A stretch of 60,487 nt of DNA, counting the filler, from Squatina squatina (taxonomy: Eukaryota), in assembly GCA_031763465.1 (NCBI GenBank). It is 3 parts of 3 records of this genome, joined end to end, with 100 filler letters (N's around TTAATTAATTAA, not from the genome) between each part and the next. Parts side by side here need not be neighbours in the genome. Positions count along the whole stretch, not along the records: positions 37,404 to 60,487 come from JARFOE010000189.1; 2 more parts are not named here. One strand, written 5' to 3'. Below, one piece after another: positions 37,404 to 52,369 of this stretch. The notes below the pieces were generated by a model. That model saw only the letters and a list, made by a program, of their open reading frames with translations. It was not told the DNA's origin and made no database searches. The first letter of the stretch is position 1. Each line of letters opens with the position of its first letter. The position numbers were made by a program, and so were the translations under genes.

Positions 37404-40400
37404 TTGTATAGTGAATGGGTTCTATAATGAGCGGATTCTATAATGAACCGGTTCTACAATGAGATGTTTCTATAATGAGCAGGTTCTATAATGGAGAGGT
37501 TCCACAATGAACGGGTTCAATATGAGCGGGTTATATAATGAGTGGTTTACTATAATGAATGGATTCTATAATGAACGGGCTCTATAATGTATGGGTTCTA
37601 TAATGAGCGGATTCTATAATGAGCGGGTTCTATAAGGAAGAGTGTTCTGTAATGAACGAGTTCTATGATGAATGGGTTCTATGATGAACGGTTTCTATGA
37701 TGAGCTGTTTCTATAATGAGCGGGTTCTACGGTGAGCAGGTTCTCGAATGAGCGGGTGCTTTAATGAGCATGTTCTGTAATGAACAGGTTCCATAATGAA
37801 TGGGTTCTATAATGAACCGGTTCTATAAAGTATAGTATTTCTAATGAATATTCTCTATACTGAGTGGGTTCTATAATGTATGGGTTCTATAATGAATATT
37901 CTCTACAATGAGTGCTTTGTATCGTGAATGGCTTCTACAATGAGCGTATTACATAATGAGTGGTTTATATAATGGGCGGGTTATATAATGAGCGACTTCT
38001 ATAATGAACAGGTTCTATAATGCAGAGGGTCCATAATGAACTGGTTCTATAATAAGCAGTTTCTATAATTAGCAATTTCTAAAAGGAGTGGGTTCTATAA
38101 TGAAAAAGTTCTATAAAGAAAGTTTTCTCTAATGAATGTGTTCTATAATGAGCAGGTTCTATAATGAGCGGGTTCTATAATGAACGGGTTCTATAATGAA
38201 TGGGTTCTATAATGAGCGGGTTCTATAATGAACGGGTTCTATGAGCCGTTTCTATATTGAACCGGTTCTATAATGTATGGGTTCTATAATGATCATTTTC
38301 CATAAAGAGCGGTTTCAAAAATGAGCGGGTTCTATAATGTACGGCTTCTATGATGAATATTATCTATAATGAATATTCTCTATAATGTGTGGTTTCTATA
38401 AAGAGCTGGTTCTATAATGGGCCGGCACGATATTGAGTGAATTCTGTAATCAGCGGGTTCTATAAGCAGTGGGTTCCAGAAGGAGCGTGTTCTATAATAA
38501 ACGTGTTCTATTATGAACGGGTTCTATGATGAATGGGTTCTATAATGAGTGGGTTCTCGAATGAGCAAGTTCTGTAATGCATGTGTTCTATCATGAGCGT
38601 GTTGTATCATGAGTGGGTGCTATAATGAGCGGGTTCTGTAATGAATGGGTTGCATAATGAACGGGTTCTATAATGAGCGGTTTCAAAAATGAACGGATTC
38701 TATAATGAACGGATTCTATAATGAGCAGGTTATATAATGAACCGGTTCTATAATGAATATTCTCTTTAATGAGTGGGTTCTCTTATGAACAGGTACTATA
38801 ATGTATGGGTTCTATAATGAATATTCTCTACAATGAGTGGTTTGTATAGTGAATGGGTTCTATAATGAGCGGATTCTATAATGAACCGGTTCTACAATGA
38901 GATGTTTCTATAATGAGCNNNNNNNNNNNNNNNNNNNNNNNNNNNNNNNNNNNNNNNNNNNNNNNNNNNNNNNNNNNNNNNNNNNNNNNNNNNNNNNNNN
39001 NNNNNNNNNNNNNNNNNNNNNNNNNNNNNNNNNNNNNNNNNNNNNNNNNNNNNNNNNNNNNNNNNNNNNNNNNNNNNNNNNNNNNNNNNNNNNNNNNNNN
39101 NNNNNNNNNNNNNNNNNNNNNNNNNNNNNNNNNNNNNNNNNNNNNNNNNNNNNNNNNNNNNNNNNNNNNNNNNNNNNNNNNNNNNNNNNNNNNNNNNNNN
39201 NNNNNNNNNNNNNNNNNNNNNNNNNNNNNNNNNNNNNNNNNNNNNNNNNNNNNNNNNNNNNNNNNNNNNNNNNNNNNNNNNNNNNNNNNNNNNNNNNNNN
39301 NNNNNNNNNNNNNNNNNNNNNNNNNNNNNNNNNNNNNNNNNNNNNNNNNNNNNNNNNNNNNNNNNNNNNNNNNNNNNNNNNNNNNNNNNNNNNNNNNNNN
39401 NNNNNNNNNNNNNNNNNNNNNNNNNNNNNNNNNNNNNNNNNNNNNCAACGAGCGGGTTCTATAAAGGTGTGTTCTATAATGGGGTGATCTGTAACAGGTG
39501 GATTCTATAACAGTTGCTTCTATAACAGGCGGGTTCTACAACAGCACGTTCTATAATGGCGGGTTCTATAACAGGTGTGTTCTATAACAGGTGGGTTCTA
39601 TAATGGGGTGATCTATAACGGGTGCATTCTATAACAGTAGGTTCTGTAACAGGCGGGTTCTACAACAGCATGTTCTATAATGGCTGGTTCTATAACGAAC
39701 GGGTTCTATAACAGGGGCTTCTATAATGGGCGGGTTCTATAACGAGCAGGTTCTATAGCGGGCGGGTTCTATAATGGGCAGGTTCCACAACAGGCAGGTT
39801 CTATAACGAGGGAGTTCTATAATGAGAGGGTTCTATAATGGGCAGGTTCTATAATGCGCAGTTTCTATAACAAACGGGTTCTATAACAGGCGGGTTCTAT
39901 AATGGGGGGGTTCTATAATGGGTGGCTTCTAAAACAGTTGGTTCTATAACAGGCGGGTTCTATAATAGCAGGTTCTATAAAAGGTGGGTTCTATAACGGG
40001 CAGTTTCTGTAACGAACGGTTTCTATAATGAGCGGGTTCCATATTGTTGGGTTCTACAACGGATGTGTTCTATAATGAGTGGGTTCTGTAATGGACAGGT
40101 TCTATAACTAGCAGGTTCTATAATGAGCGGGTTCTATAACGAGGGTTCTATAATGGGTGAGATCTTTAGCGGGCAGTTTCTATTACGAGCATGTTCTATA
40201 ATGGGCAGGTTCTATAATGGACAGGTTCTATAACAGACAGTTTATGTGATGAACGGTTTCTATAACGAACGGGTTCCATATGGGCGAGTTCTATAATGGG
40301 CAGGTTCTATAACGAACGCGTTTGATAATGGGCGGGTTCTGTAACGGGCGGGTTCCATAATGAGCGGGTTCTATAACGGGCATGTCCTATAACANNNNNN

Positions 40401-41431
40401 NNNNNNNNNNNNNNNNNNNNNNNNNNNNNNNNNNNNNNNNNNNNNNNNNNNNNNNNNNNNNNNNNNNNNNNNNNNNNNNNNNNNNNNNNNNNNNGGGTTC
40501 TATAACAAGCAGGTTCTATAATGAGTGGGTTCTATAATGGGCAGGTTCCATAATAAGTGGGTTCTAAAACAATGGATCTATAATGAGTGGGCTCTATAAC
40601 GGGTGAGATCTATAGCGGGCAGTTTCTATAATAAGCAGGTTCTTAAACAGGTGGGTTCTATAATGAGCAGGTTCTATAACGGGCAGTTTATGTAAGGAAC
40701 GGTGTCTATAACAAGCGGGTTCCATATGGTCGGGTTCTCTAATGGACGGGTTCTATAACGTGCGGGTTCGATAATGGGCGGGTTCGATAATGGGCCAGTT
40801 TGATATCAGGCGGGTTCAATAACGGGTGGGTTCTATAATGAGCAGGTTCTGTAATGGGCAGTTGCTATAACGAGTGGGTTCTATAGTGGACAGGTTCTAA
40901 AATGAGCAGGTTATATAATGAGCAGATTTTATAACGAGGGTTCTATAACGAGTGGGCTCTGTAACGGGCGAGATCTATAACGGGCAGGTTCTATAACAGG
41001 CAGGTTCTATAAAGGGCGGGTGCTATGATGGGCAGTTTCTGTAACGAACGGTTTCTGCAAAGAGCGGGTTCCATATGGGCTGGTTCTATAATGGGCGGGT
41101 TCTGTAACGAGTGGGTTCTATAATGAGCGGTTTCTATAACGAGTGGTCTATAACGAGTTGGCTCTATAACGGGCGTGATCTATAGCAGGCAGTTTCTATA
41201 ATTGGCAGGTTCTATAACGGGCAGGTTCTGTAACAGGCGGGTTCTATAATGGGCGGCTTTTATAACGGGCGGTTTCTATAAAGGCCGCGTTCTATGACGG
41301 GCAGTTTCTGTAACGAACAGGTTCTATAACAAGCGGGTTCCATAATGGACGGGTTCTATAATGTGTGGTTTCGATAATGGGCGGGTTCAATAATGAGCAG
41401 GTGTTACAAGGGTTGGTTTCTATGGTTCTAT
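37404..41431. repeat. 16-bp tandem satellite, consensus GGGTTCTATAA(T/C)G(A/G)GC, in three contigs
   Basis: For example gggttctataatgagc gggttctataatgaac gggttctataatgaat; roughly 200 diverged monomers in 37404-38918, 39446-40394 and 40495-41431. Confidence 0.97.
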
Positions 41432-44174
41432 NNNNNNNNNNNNNNNNNNNNNNNNNNNNNNNNNNNNNNNNNNNNNNNNNNNNNNNNNNNNNNNNNNNNN
41501 NNNNNNNNNNNNNNNNNNNNNNNNNNNNNNNNNNNNNNNNNNNNNNNNNNNNNNNNNNNNNNNNNNNNNNNNNNNNNNNNNNNNNNNNNNNNNNNNNNNN
41601 NNNNNNNNNNNNNNNNNNNNNNNNNNNNNNNNNNNNNNNNNNNNNNNNNNNNNNNNNNNNNNNNNNNNNNNNNNNNNNNNNNNNNNNNNNNNNNNNNNNN
41701 NNNNNNNNNNNNNNNNNNNNNNNNNNNNNNNNNNNNNNNNNNNNNNNNNNNNNNNNNNNNNNNNNNNNNNNNNNNNNNNNNNNNNNNNNNNNNNNNNNNN
41801 NNNNNNNNNNNNNNNNNNNNNNNNNNNNNNNNNNNNNNNNNNNNNNNNNNNNNNNNNNNNNNNNNNNNNNNNNNNNNNNNNNNNNNNNNNNNNNNNNNNN
41901 NNNNNNNNNNNNNNNNNNNNNNNNNNNNNNNNNNNNNNNNNNNNNNNNNNNNNNNNNNNNNNNNNNNNNNNNNNNNNNNNNNNNNNNNNNNNNNNNNNNN
42001 NNNNNNNNNNNNNNNNNNNNNNNNNNNNNNNNNNNNNNNNNNNNNNNNNNNNNNNNNGCCTGCGCCCGTTTCCGGGGATGCCAAATTTCTCGGCCAAGAC
42101 CTATTTATATCTGGATAGATATCTATATAAAAGATAGAATAACATAGAGAGATATGCGGTGGTCCAGAGCCTAACAGTACATTCTTTCAGCACATTTCAG
42201 CTTTGCCCAGTGATTTCTACCAATGCAGCAGCGATGATTTATCACCAGCTTTTGAGTGTTTTCTGGTTCGGATCAAACCAAAGAGAATATCTGAACTGAT
42301 GGCAGTTCAATCATCCCTGCTGTGTAGCTTATTAGTCAAGTATTCAGGTAATTGTATGCTTAGATATAAAGTCTTGTCTGATGTTCGGCCTCATTAGGAA
42401 ACTGTTGTTGGATGAGTGCCTTTTGAATGGAATTCAGTTCTGTTAGGATTAATGCAAGTTGTGCTCAGACAATAAAAGTATAACTGATTTATATCCATGT
42501 CTAATATCTAGGCTTTTCTAAGACAACTGAAATATAGCTTGTCACTTTTTAATGGTCCTGTTCAGCGGATATACTGGATGAGAAAATTGAATAAATTATT
42601 TTGTGAGTTAGACCATTCTAATGCTGAGATTGCAAGTAACTGTGGGAGCTGCTTTATATGGCCTCATCGTTATAATTAGATTTTCTCTTCCTTNNNNNNN
42701 NNNNNNNNNNNNNNNNNNNNNNNNNNNNNNNNNNNNNNNNNNNNNNNNNNNNNNNNNNNNNNNNNNNNNNNNNNNNNNNNNNNNNNNNNNNNNCAATTGT
42801 GGGCCCATGAATGAAGAACTAGCAGATGGATATTTAATATGGATTAATCTACAGTAATGCAAATGGGAGCAGGTACCAGTAAATGTGTATAATGCGAAAG
42901 AATATCTGACAGGTTGAAAAAGATTTGGGAATGAACAATGCGTATATCCTGAAAGCATCTGATCAGTGTGAAGCAACTATTAATTAAAACCGTGAACTGT
43001 ATCCAAGTCTCCTACTTCTTTATCCTCTGCTGCCTTGTGGTCCTCGAACCGTAAGAGGATGCAGGTTGAGGGGAGGGAGTGGGGTGAGGGAGAGCTGTTG
43101 CTTTCCCTCACAGAATCTGTCCTTTTTACTATGTACTGTTTGCTCCTTGTCCCATGTCACTTGGAATCTTATATGTTCATTATTTGCTCCCTTGATAACT
43201 TCTTATCCCAGTAGCTCCATGACCACGGCCCAAAAAGACAGATCTGAAAAGCATTGGATTTCAAATCGGAACAAGGTATACAGACATTGCACAGATCAAT
43301 GGTGAATTTAATTCTGGAATATTCGAAGAAAAATATTGCAATGTTTGACTGTTGAGTGGTATCTTCAAGTCATGGTAGGGATCACAGTAAGCAAAATCCA
43401 CACAAACATTTACAGCTCTTTAGGTCTTGCGCACATTTGATTTTGCTAATTGATTATTTCCGCTCAGCAAGCTAAGATGCAGAATGAGAGCTCCCCAAAT
43501 TCTTCCCCAACAAAATGTCTTCATTTCAATATCATTCAAACATACTAAAAATGACAGGAAAAGACTGACTGGTCCATCAAGCTTGACCCATCCAGACATG
43601 TTACGACCTACACCCACGATTAACGCAACCTCCCCCTCAATCACACAATTTCTAGAGAGAAGCAAAAACTTTAGATCAATTTAAGAAAAAATCCTGAAAG
43701 ATTATTCTCTGACTCCCAACGATAATCAAGAAAGCTCCACGAGGCTGCAGTGAGGCTGGTCCTATCTGCTACATCAATGTGTCCTGATGAGTGATTGTTA
43801 ATTACTGCCTATTTTATGGTGTAATCTAGTCCATCAGAACTGGATTACGATTGTTCATACTTGTTTCATTTTCATCCCATCAGTCACAGCTGGAATTGGA
43901 CATGGATCCAAGAGCTGGGCAGCGTGCCAATTCATTCAGTCCCCAGCAGTTTCTTCCTAGTTTATTTCTAAGGTTACACTGATTGAAAACTTTGACCTCG
44001 TACCTCCTCACTCGAACCAATCTGTGGAGCTGCTTCAAAATTTCTGATGGGGAGAGAATCCTTGCATCAAATCATTGCTTTGTTTCCAAATCATTCCAGT
44101 TTTGGGAGGATTTGCAAGGTATAAATATATTTCAGCCCAATGGCACAGTATTAGCATAATAATATCTACCAGTG

Positions 44175-44687
44175 CTGACCCTTATGCTGAACCTTTATAA
44201 GACCCTGGTTAGGCCTCAGCTGGAGTATTGTATTCCATTCTGGGCACCACACTGTAGGAAGGATGTCAAGGCCTTAGAGAGGGTGCAGAAGAGATTTATG
44301 AGAATGGTACCAGGGATGGGGGACTTCAGTCATGCGGAGAAGCTGGGATTGTTCTCCCTGGAGCAGAGAAGGTTCGAAGGAGATTTGATAGAGGTCTTCA
44401 AAATCATGAATGGTTTTGATAGCATATTTAAGGAGCAACTGTTGCCAGTGGCCGAAAGGTTGGCAACCAAAGGAGACAGATTTAAGTTGATTGGCAAAAT
44501 AACAAGAGGTGACATGAGGAAAAAAAATTACGCAGCGAGTTGTGATCTGGGATGCACTGACTGAAAGGATGGTGGAAGCAAATTCAATAGTAACTTTCAA
44601 AAGAGAATTGAATAAATACTTGAAGGGAAAAAAATTACAGGACTATGGGGAAAGAGTTAAGGGGAGTGGGATTAATTGGATACTTCT
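44175..44687 (+). mobile_element. CR1 LINE 3' fragment
   Basis: LYKTLVRPQLEYC..FWAPH.RKDV.ALERVQKRF.RMVPGM..LGLFSLEQRR..GDLIEVFKIM. Confidence 0.9.
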
Positions 44688-45447
44688 NNNNNNNNNNNNN
44701 NNNNNNNNNNNNNNNNNNNNNNNNNNNNNNNNNNNNNNNNNNNNNNNNNNNNNNNNNNNNNNNNNNNNNNNNNNNNNNNNNNNNNNNTCTCTGCAAAATT
44801 TTCAGCCATCCACAGGCTAAGTGAATGTCACAATATCTCCATTTGACTCTGCTTTTACTGCACAAGGCTTTTGCAAGAAAAAACGTCATTCTTTCTTTTC
44901 TCAATTCCTCTCCTTTGAGCCACTTCTGACATCCTGTAAAATTCTTATTTTGAGCTTGGTTTAGGGATCATTGCTGTCTCAAAGACTGAATAAACAAGGA
45001 TTCACTTTATTGGGAATCACAATAATTTTATATGCAGCGGCACAACCTTTGCCAATGAATTCCAACTTAATTAGGCGCCTGGCTAGTGCAGTCTGAATCC
45101 AACCACCTGCCTAATTTGATGCACTGTCAGATACTGTTAATTGAATGTCTCTAAGTTACACAGTCAAACTGACACTTTCTGAGATAAATATAAATCATGA
45201 GATGATCAAATTCCATCAATACAGGAACCATCGACTAATGGGACTTCTGGAAATGGACATGGAGCAGATGGACTGATACAATCTTGTTGTGCCACTCTTT
45301 AATCTCTTGTTGCATGGGAACAAAATCAAACCATCTCATCTAATCAGNNNNNNNNNNNNNNNNNNNNNNNNNNNNNNNNNNNNNNNNNNNNNNNNNNNNN
45401 NNNNNNNNNNNNNNNNNNNNNNNNNNNNNNNNNNNNNNNNNNNNNNN

Positions 45448-45690
45448 ATGAGAGCGGGTTTTGGGAGCAGGGTGGTGGTGACAGCTGATTTGAAGGAGAG
45501 GGAGACTGTACAAGATGAGAGGGGACCACTTACATCCTCAGCTAGCATGGGGGCCAGGAAGGGAAGTTGGGTGGTCAGTAGTTTAGTGGGAATGGGGTCA
45601 AAGAAGCTGGAGGTGGACCTCATGGACAAGCTGAACTCATAAGAGGAGATAGGACAGAAACTAGAGAACGACACAGGTTCAGGGTCAAGG
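45448..45690 (-). mobile_element. L2 LINE fragment
   Basis: DPIPTKLLTTQLPFLAPMLA....LSS.TV..SFKSAV.T.LL.KP. Confidence 0.8.
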
Positions 45691-48600
45691 GAGGGAGACC
45701 CTATTATGTCAGAGTTTGTCAATTTGACTTTTTTGTATTATAAATGTACCTGATTTGGAATTGCACGCACACAGTCCTAAATCACACAGTAAATCCTTGA
45801 CTTTACCTCTGCGTGGTGAGGTTGGAAGGAGAAGGTGGGTGTGCATATTTTAGTTAATATAGGCCACAGGGAGAGACAGTGTCAGAGATGGATCATTTTG
45901 GGTGAGTTGGAAGAAATTAATTTTGCCTATTTTTACAGCCAAAGTGACCTGTCAGTGCGCCTGACAAACTACCCCTTCTGATGAAAAGCAGTGAAACAAT
46001 AATACCGATGAAATAATGAATACTAAAAATAATAAAACACCTAACACCTTCGTGAGACTCCACACTGCTACAGATTTATTCATCATGTTCCGACAGCGTC
46101 TTCAGAATTATGACTTGTCTGCTGGGCTGTTTTTTTGTGCTACTTGTGATTGCTTACTAATATTTAATTGGCAAGTCTGTTTGTAGTTACTTGCTATTTT
46201 AATCTTACAAGAGGCATGGAACTGTTATTACAGAGATAGGAACGCTACACGGGAGAGAGATATTGATGCAATTTGTGCGAAGGAGCGCTCTGACACTAAT
46301 GAGAGCGAGCAGCTCCGTATTTAGCTAATGAAACCGTGCTTTGAAGTGGATTCTTTTTTGCCATTCTTTGCAGTTTGACATGCTAGTCCTTGCATAGACT
46401 TGTAATTTCCAAAATTTTCTAAGATTAANNNNNNNNNNNNNNNNNNNNNNNNNNNNNNNNNNNNNNNNNNNNNNNNNNNNNNNNNNNNNNNNNNNNNNNN
46501 NNNNNNNNNNNNNNNNNNNNNNNNNNNNAAAACGCCTCTAACACTTAATTCAGGGGAATATTATGAAGCCCATTAAACGTGTGAATGGCATGTAAAGTGA
46601 TTGCAGATTGTTCGTAGAAAAATACAGATGTCAAGGTTTTAAAGTAATGAAAGCTGTGTAATTAAAGTAGGCCACGGGAGACTGAGGAACAGCTTTAGTT
46701 GGTCATCGAGCCTAAGTTACATTTGGCAATCGACCAAACTTGCTCTACCGTCGGCCCCGATGCAATTCAGTTCCTAAAGGACAAAGCAAAAGCTGATTTG
46801 GACTTTAAGTTGCCGCAAACACTACAACATATAACTTTAGGGGTTACATTTACACACACGTTTGGTGTTTTGCTTTGTCCTTTATAAGTTATAATTGAAA
46901 CCGTCTGTCACTTAAAGGGCAGGGGAAAAGATAGGTGCGCCATGAGGAAATAACCTTAATATTCAATTAATAAAGCAAGATCAAACAGATCCCCTGCACT
47001 TTTGTTTAGCTGCGCACAGTTTTGGGAATCATTAGGTTTAGAGGAGATTCAATAGACACTTTGATAATTGCTTTAATATTGAACAGTTGCTGTTTGCTTG
47101 AGTATACTGCTCTGCAGGCTGACACAGACAGATGATATGGCACAGAGTGGCCTTGCAGCAGCTGCTGACTGCAGCACTCCTATCGAGAGCGGGCTCGGGC
47201 TAGAACTGAAGCCAAATCTTGGAGAGCGAGATCTTCAGACATGGCTAAATTTAACCCACATGAATTAACATTTTAGAGGGATAAATATTAAGGCAATGGA
47301 GCTAAAGTGGGAAGGATCGACACCCTGATGTCACTGCTCCTTTGTGGGACGCCTTCTATCCTTCATCATTGAAGGGTGATTTCTTTTCTCATTGTTTACT
47401 GGCGTTGTAAGCTGTTTCATGTTGTTATCAGGTTTATCAGTTTTGGATGATAAATGTTCATGTTGGATAGGCATGGACACCAAGGGGACTAAACTGGAAC
47501 AACAGTCATAGACCTTAAATGGCTGTGGCTTCCCTTGTGACCTTTAATGCTTTCATTTAACTGTCTGAACTGTTCTGTGTGTGCACCATATTTTCTTTTT
47601 AACAGTGAAGCATATTGAACTGCTGTGACTGTTTTAATTAATGGATCAATCATTTGTTTGGTTTTGGGCCTGATTTTGAACTATACCCAATACAAGCTCG
47701 TGTATTTATTTTTGAACATCTCCAAAAGGTAATTTCAGAGCACTTGTGACCTGCGAATAATAATTTTACAAGCCCGTGTTCCTGGCATGGAGGCTCGGCT
47801 GCTGGGAAGGCACATTAGGAATTCTAGTGTGCTCCCTTCCGGTGCGTCCAAATTCCCAATTTGTGGTCCTGGCCAGTGAATCTCTGTGCCAGGATCGGCA
47901 ACANNNNNNNNNNNNNNNNNNNNNNNNNNNNNNNNNNNNNNNNNNNNNNNNNNNNNNNNNNNNNNNNNNNNNNNNNNNNNNNNNNNNNNNNNNNNNNNNN
48001 NNNTACAATGGAATATTGAACAGAATAACTCTAGAAGATGCACTGTCTTTGTTAAGGGTCAGGCCTATTCTAATTTTATTATTCACCCAGTTTTAATACT
48101 GACCAATAAAATCGGTATAGGCAGAACACTCCAACATAAATTTTAATCACGCTCTTAAAATTCTGACAGCATGCGTGTTGTTTTGCAGATTTTTTAAAAC
48201 TTGCAGTACAATGGTGTTGCCTATTAAATACAAAATAAAAATCACTGTTGTTTTATTTATTATCATTCAGAATGTAAAACAGTTTAAAGGATGCAAGCTC
48301 TGTGTACTTTCTAAATTGGCAAGACTCTGGGTGAATGCGTTTAACACAGAGAAGTGAAAAAAAACTGTCTATTCTCCTGACTGTGAAGGAGCCAATTAGA
48401 GTTTCTATTATTGCAATAGCCACTGTATGCCAAATCTCACATATCAGGGACATTGGCTTTGGGCTGTTTCTGAGTCTCTCCTTGTGAAAGAATTCCATGA
48501 AGCTGCTGTATTCTAACTGCTATTCGAAACAATCAACAGCCCAGAGGGTGTAAAATCAACCTAATTATTTCATAATTTATTTTAAATGACTTTTCATTTA

Positions 48601-48799
48601 ATGACAACATAACAGTACTGCAAGGTGATTGTTGTGGTTCTAATTTCAATAATTATGCAACAATATTCTAATTAATAGTCTGTAACAGTTTTTTGACCTT
48701 TTCTGTTCCTTTTCGTCATCTTTGAACTATTGAAAGGGAATATTAACAACAATTTAAGAACATTGACATAATGGCCGGGATTTTACTAACCTCAGCGGG

Positions 48800-48925
48800 T
48801 CCATAGAAACATAGAAACATAGAAAATAGGTGCAGGAGTAGGCCATTAGGCCGTTCGAGCCTGCACCGCCATTCAATATGATCATGGCTGATCATCCAAC
48901 TCAGTACCCTGTACCTGCTTTCTCT
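48800..48925 (-). mobile_element. CR1 3' terminus with (TTTCTATG)n tail
   Basis: catagaaacatagaaacatagaaa..ggagtaggccatt..gatcatggctgatc. Related ends at 26260-26380 and 36520-36630. Confidence 0.75.
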
Positions 48926-50222
48926 NNNNNNNNNNNNNNNNNNNNNNNNNNNNNNNNNNNNNNNNNNNNNNNNNNNNNNNNNNNNNNNNNNNNNNNNNNN
49001 NNNNNNNNNNNNNNNNNNNNNNNNNGACTCAACACTTCCCAAACCCCAACCCTCCCCGCACAGCCATGTAACCTCCCAGGAGAGACAATAAAAAACCCAA
49101 GGCCAATACGTGAAAAAATACTCTTGAAAATTCCTCTCCTATCCCTCAGGTGATGGAACCCCCATCCAGGAGTTCATACGGTTCAAGTGTGATCACCTAC
49201 ACTGCCGAGTCCATCGACCAAGTGAGGATTTACGTAGCATGATACGCGGAGGCAGCAGGCCACTGATTCCTGGTCTCAAAAATGCCACAGCTTTCTTTTT
49301 GGTAAGGAGCTGGGGCCTGAAATCCTGGGTTGCTGAGAGCGCTCCTGAGGTGAGAGTGGGGCACTTCATGCATCCTCCTCTTTTCCTTCCCGAAGTGAGA
49401 AGAGGAAGTGGGATTGGCCGGGGTGATACGGCCTGTCAGAAATCTCCACCTTTTTTCTTTGGCTCTTCCACCTTTTCAAGGAGCCTTTGCTAACCGAGTT
49501 GCATACAGCCAGCTCGTATCCTTTTTCTTTGCAATTAAGTGACTGCTCATTCCCCCTTTCGCATTAGAAGCTTCTGTGGCTCAAATATTGATTACCAGCG
49601 TACTTGGCAATGGCACTTTTATCCACACAAGGAAAGCAATTTAATACTTAAGTCCCTAATCAAATTATAGTATGTGCTGCGAGGAATATTCAAGCCATCT
49701 GCTGCTGTCTGCAGAAGAGACTAAAGTTGATGAGACTGTTCCGGCAGAGAGACAGCAACCAGTGCCTGAAACCCTTTCAGCTGGTGATTCCTGAGAGGTG
49801 CTTATTGATGGATGCAGTGAAAAACATAGGGACAGGATCTGAAAATTCTGTCTATTGATTTCAAAACAAGTCTGAATTCTGTTGCAAGGTTTGAAAACTG
49901 TGCTCTTAACAGTGAGGAAGGTCAATGAGCAATTCCAAGCGTTTGACCTTCCTCTGTCACTTGCTTCTGAAATGCTCATTTTAATCATTCCACAATTGGC
50001 GGTCGTGCTTTCAACTACCGAGGCCTTAAGACCCAGGATTCCATCCGTAACCGTCTCTCCTGCTGTAAGACGCTCCTTAAAACTTACCTCTTTGACCAAG
50101 CTTTTGGTCGTCTGCCCGGATANNNNNNNNNNNNNNNNNNNNNNNNNNNNNNNNNNNNNNNNNNNNNNNNNNNNNNNNNNNNNNNNNNNNNNNNNNNNNN
50201 NNNNNNNNNNNNNNNNNNNNNN

Positions 50223-51270
<1,048 letters not shown>

Positions 51271-51366
51271 TCACTCCAGATACAGCTCCTTTGCATCTCA
51301 CCTCCCCAAAGCCCATCACTTAAACATGCACACCTTGCCCGGGACATCCGCACGAGCCACCAACTT

Positions 51367-51613
51367 TGTGCAATTCCTGATTTCAAATCTCCCGTGCAAT
51401 TTCTCTTTTCAAATCTCCCGTGTAATTTGTTATTTCAAATCTCTCGTGCAATTTCTCTTTTCAAATCTCCCGTGCAATTTCTCTTTTCAAATCTCCCGTG
51501 CAATTTGTTATTTCAAATCTCTCGTGCAATTTCTCTTTTCAAATCTCCCGTGCAATTTGTTCTTTCAAATCTCCCGTGCACTTTGTTATTTCCAATCTCC
51601 CGTGCAATTTGTT
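51367..51613. repeat. 26-bp minisatellite (about 9 copies), AAATCTCCCGTGCAATTT(CTCT/GTTA)TTTC
   Basis: Directly visible tandem copies upstream of the LRRTM3 exon-2 acceptor. Confidence 0.93.
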
Positions 51614-51721
51614 ATTAGAAANNNNNNNNNNNNNNNNNNNNNNNNNNNNNNNNNNNNNNNNNNNNNNNNNNNNNNNNNNNNNNNNNNNNNNNNNNNNNNN
51701 NNNNNNNNNNNNNNNNNNNNN

Positions 51722-52290
51722 CACCCAACACCCTATTTGCTCCAGCTATTGCTGCACGGCATTGCTCCCGTACCTTTAAGGATGTATGCATTAGAATGCC
51801 CAGATCTCTTTCTATCGCCACCATCTTTCATGTTTTTCCCTGGAGGGTGTATGGATGTTGAGCATTTGCCCTGCCCACATGTATAACACTGCACATATCC
51901 AAGTTATAAATCATTTCTGGTCTTGAGCCTAATCTCCCAACACATTAAGATCTGCCTGAAGCAGACGAGCATCTTCTACAGTCCTCACACTCGCACAGAT
52001 CTTGATATCATCTTCAAATTTGCAAATTGTGCCCCCAAACCCTAAATCCAGATCATTAATAAAAATAGTAAAAAGCAACAGTCCCAATACTGATCCCTGT
52101 GGGACACCACTGGTGACCGGTCTCCAAACAGATAAAAATCCATCTATAACTATCTTTTGCCTGCTTCCTGCCAGCCAGTTCTGAATCCAACACAATATAT
52201 TACCATTAATACCGGAGGCTTCGATCTTATAGAGAAGCCTCCTCTTATGTGATACCTTATCAAAAGCTTTTTGGGAATCTAAGTTGACAA
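51722..52290 (-). mobile_element. CR1 LINE RT-core fragment
   Basis: LD.QKAFDKV.H, VTSGVPQGSVLG.LLF.IFINDLD, KF(E)DD.KI. Confidence 0.9.
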
Positions 52291-52369
52291 TGTTTGCTAC
52301 AGGTCTATTACTTGATCTCTTTTCACAGTGGTGAAGGTGTAAAATTTGTATAGACAATAACTATCAATG

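Noticed and set aside
37404-41431. CRISPR array or array of bacterial -10 boxes (TATAAT)
   Set aside because: Units are head-to-tail 16-mers with no unique spacers, there are no cas genes and the context is vertebrate.
38876-42147. Long ORFs of 180-260 aa
   Set aside because: Almost entirely X from N gaps; the same applies to the many gap-spanning ORFs elsewhere.
49671-49794. Possible terminal exon MCCEEYSSHLLLSAEETKVDETVP...GDS*
   Set aside because: Short, weak acceptor and no recognisable homology; only a BLASTX hit would support it.
51367-51613. CRISPR-like 26-bp repeats and repetitive ORFs (51059..51886 and others)
   Set aside because: No spacers; the ORFs are translations of a minisatellite running across a gap.
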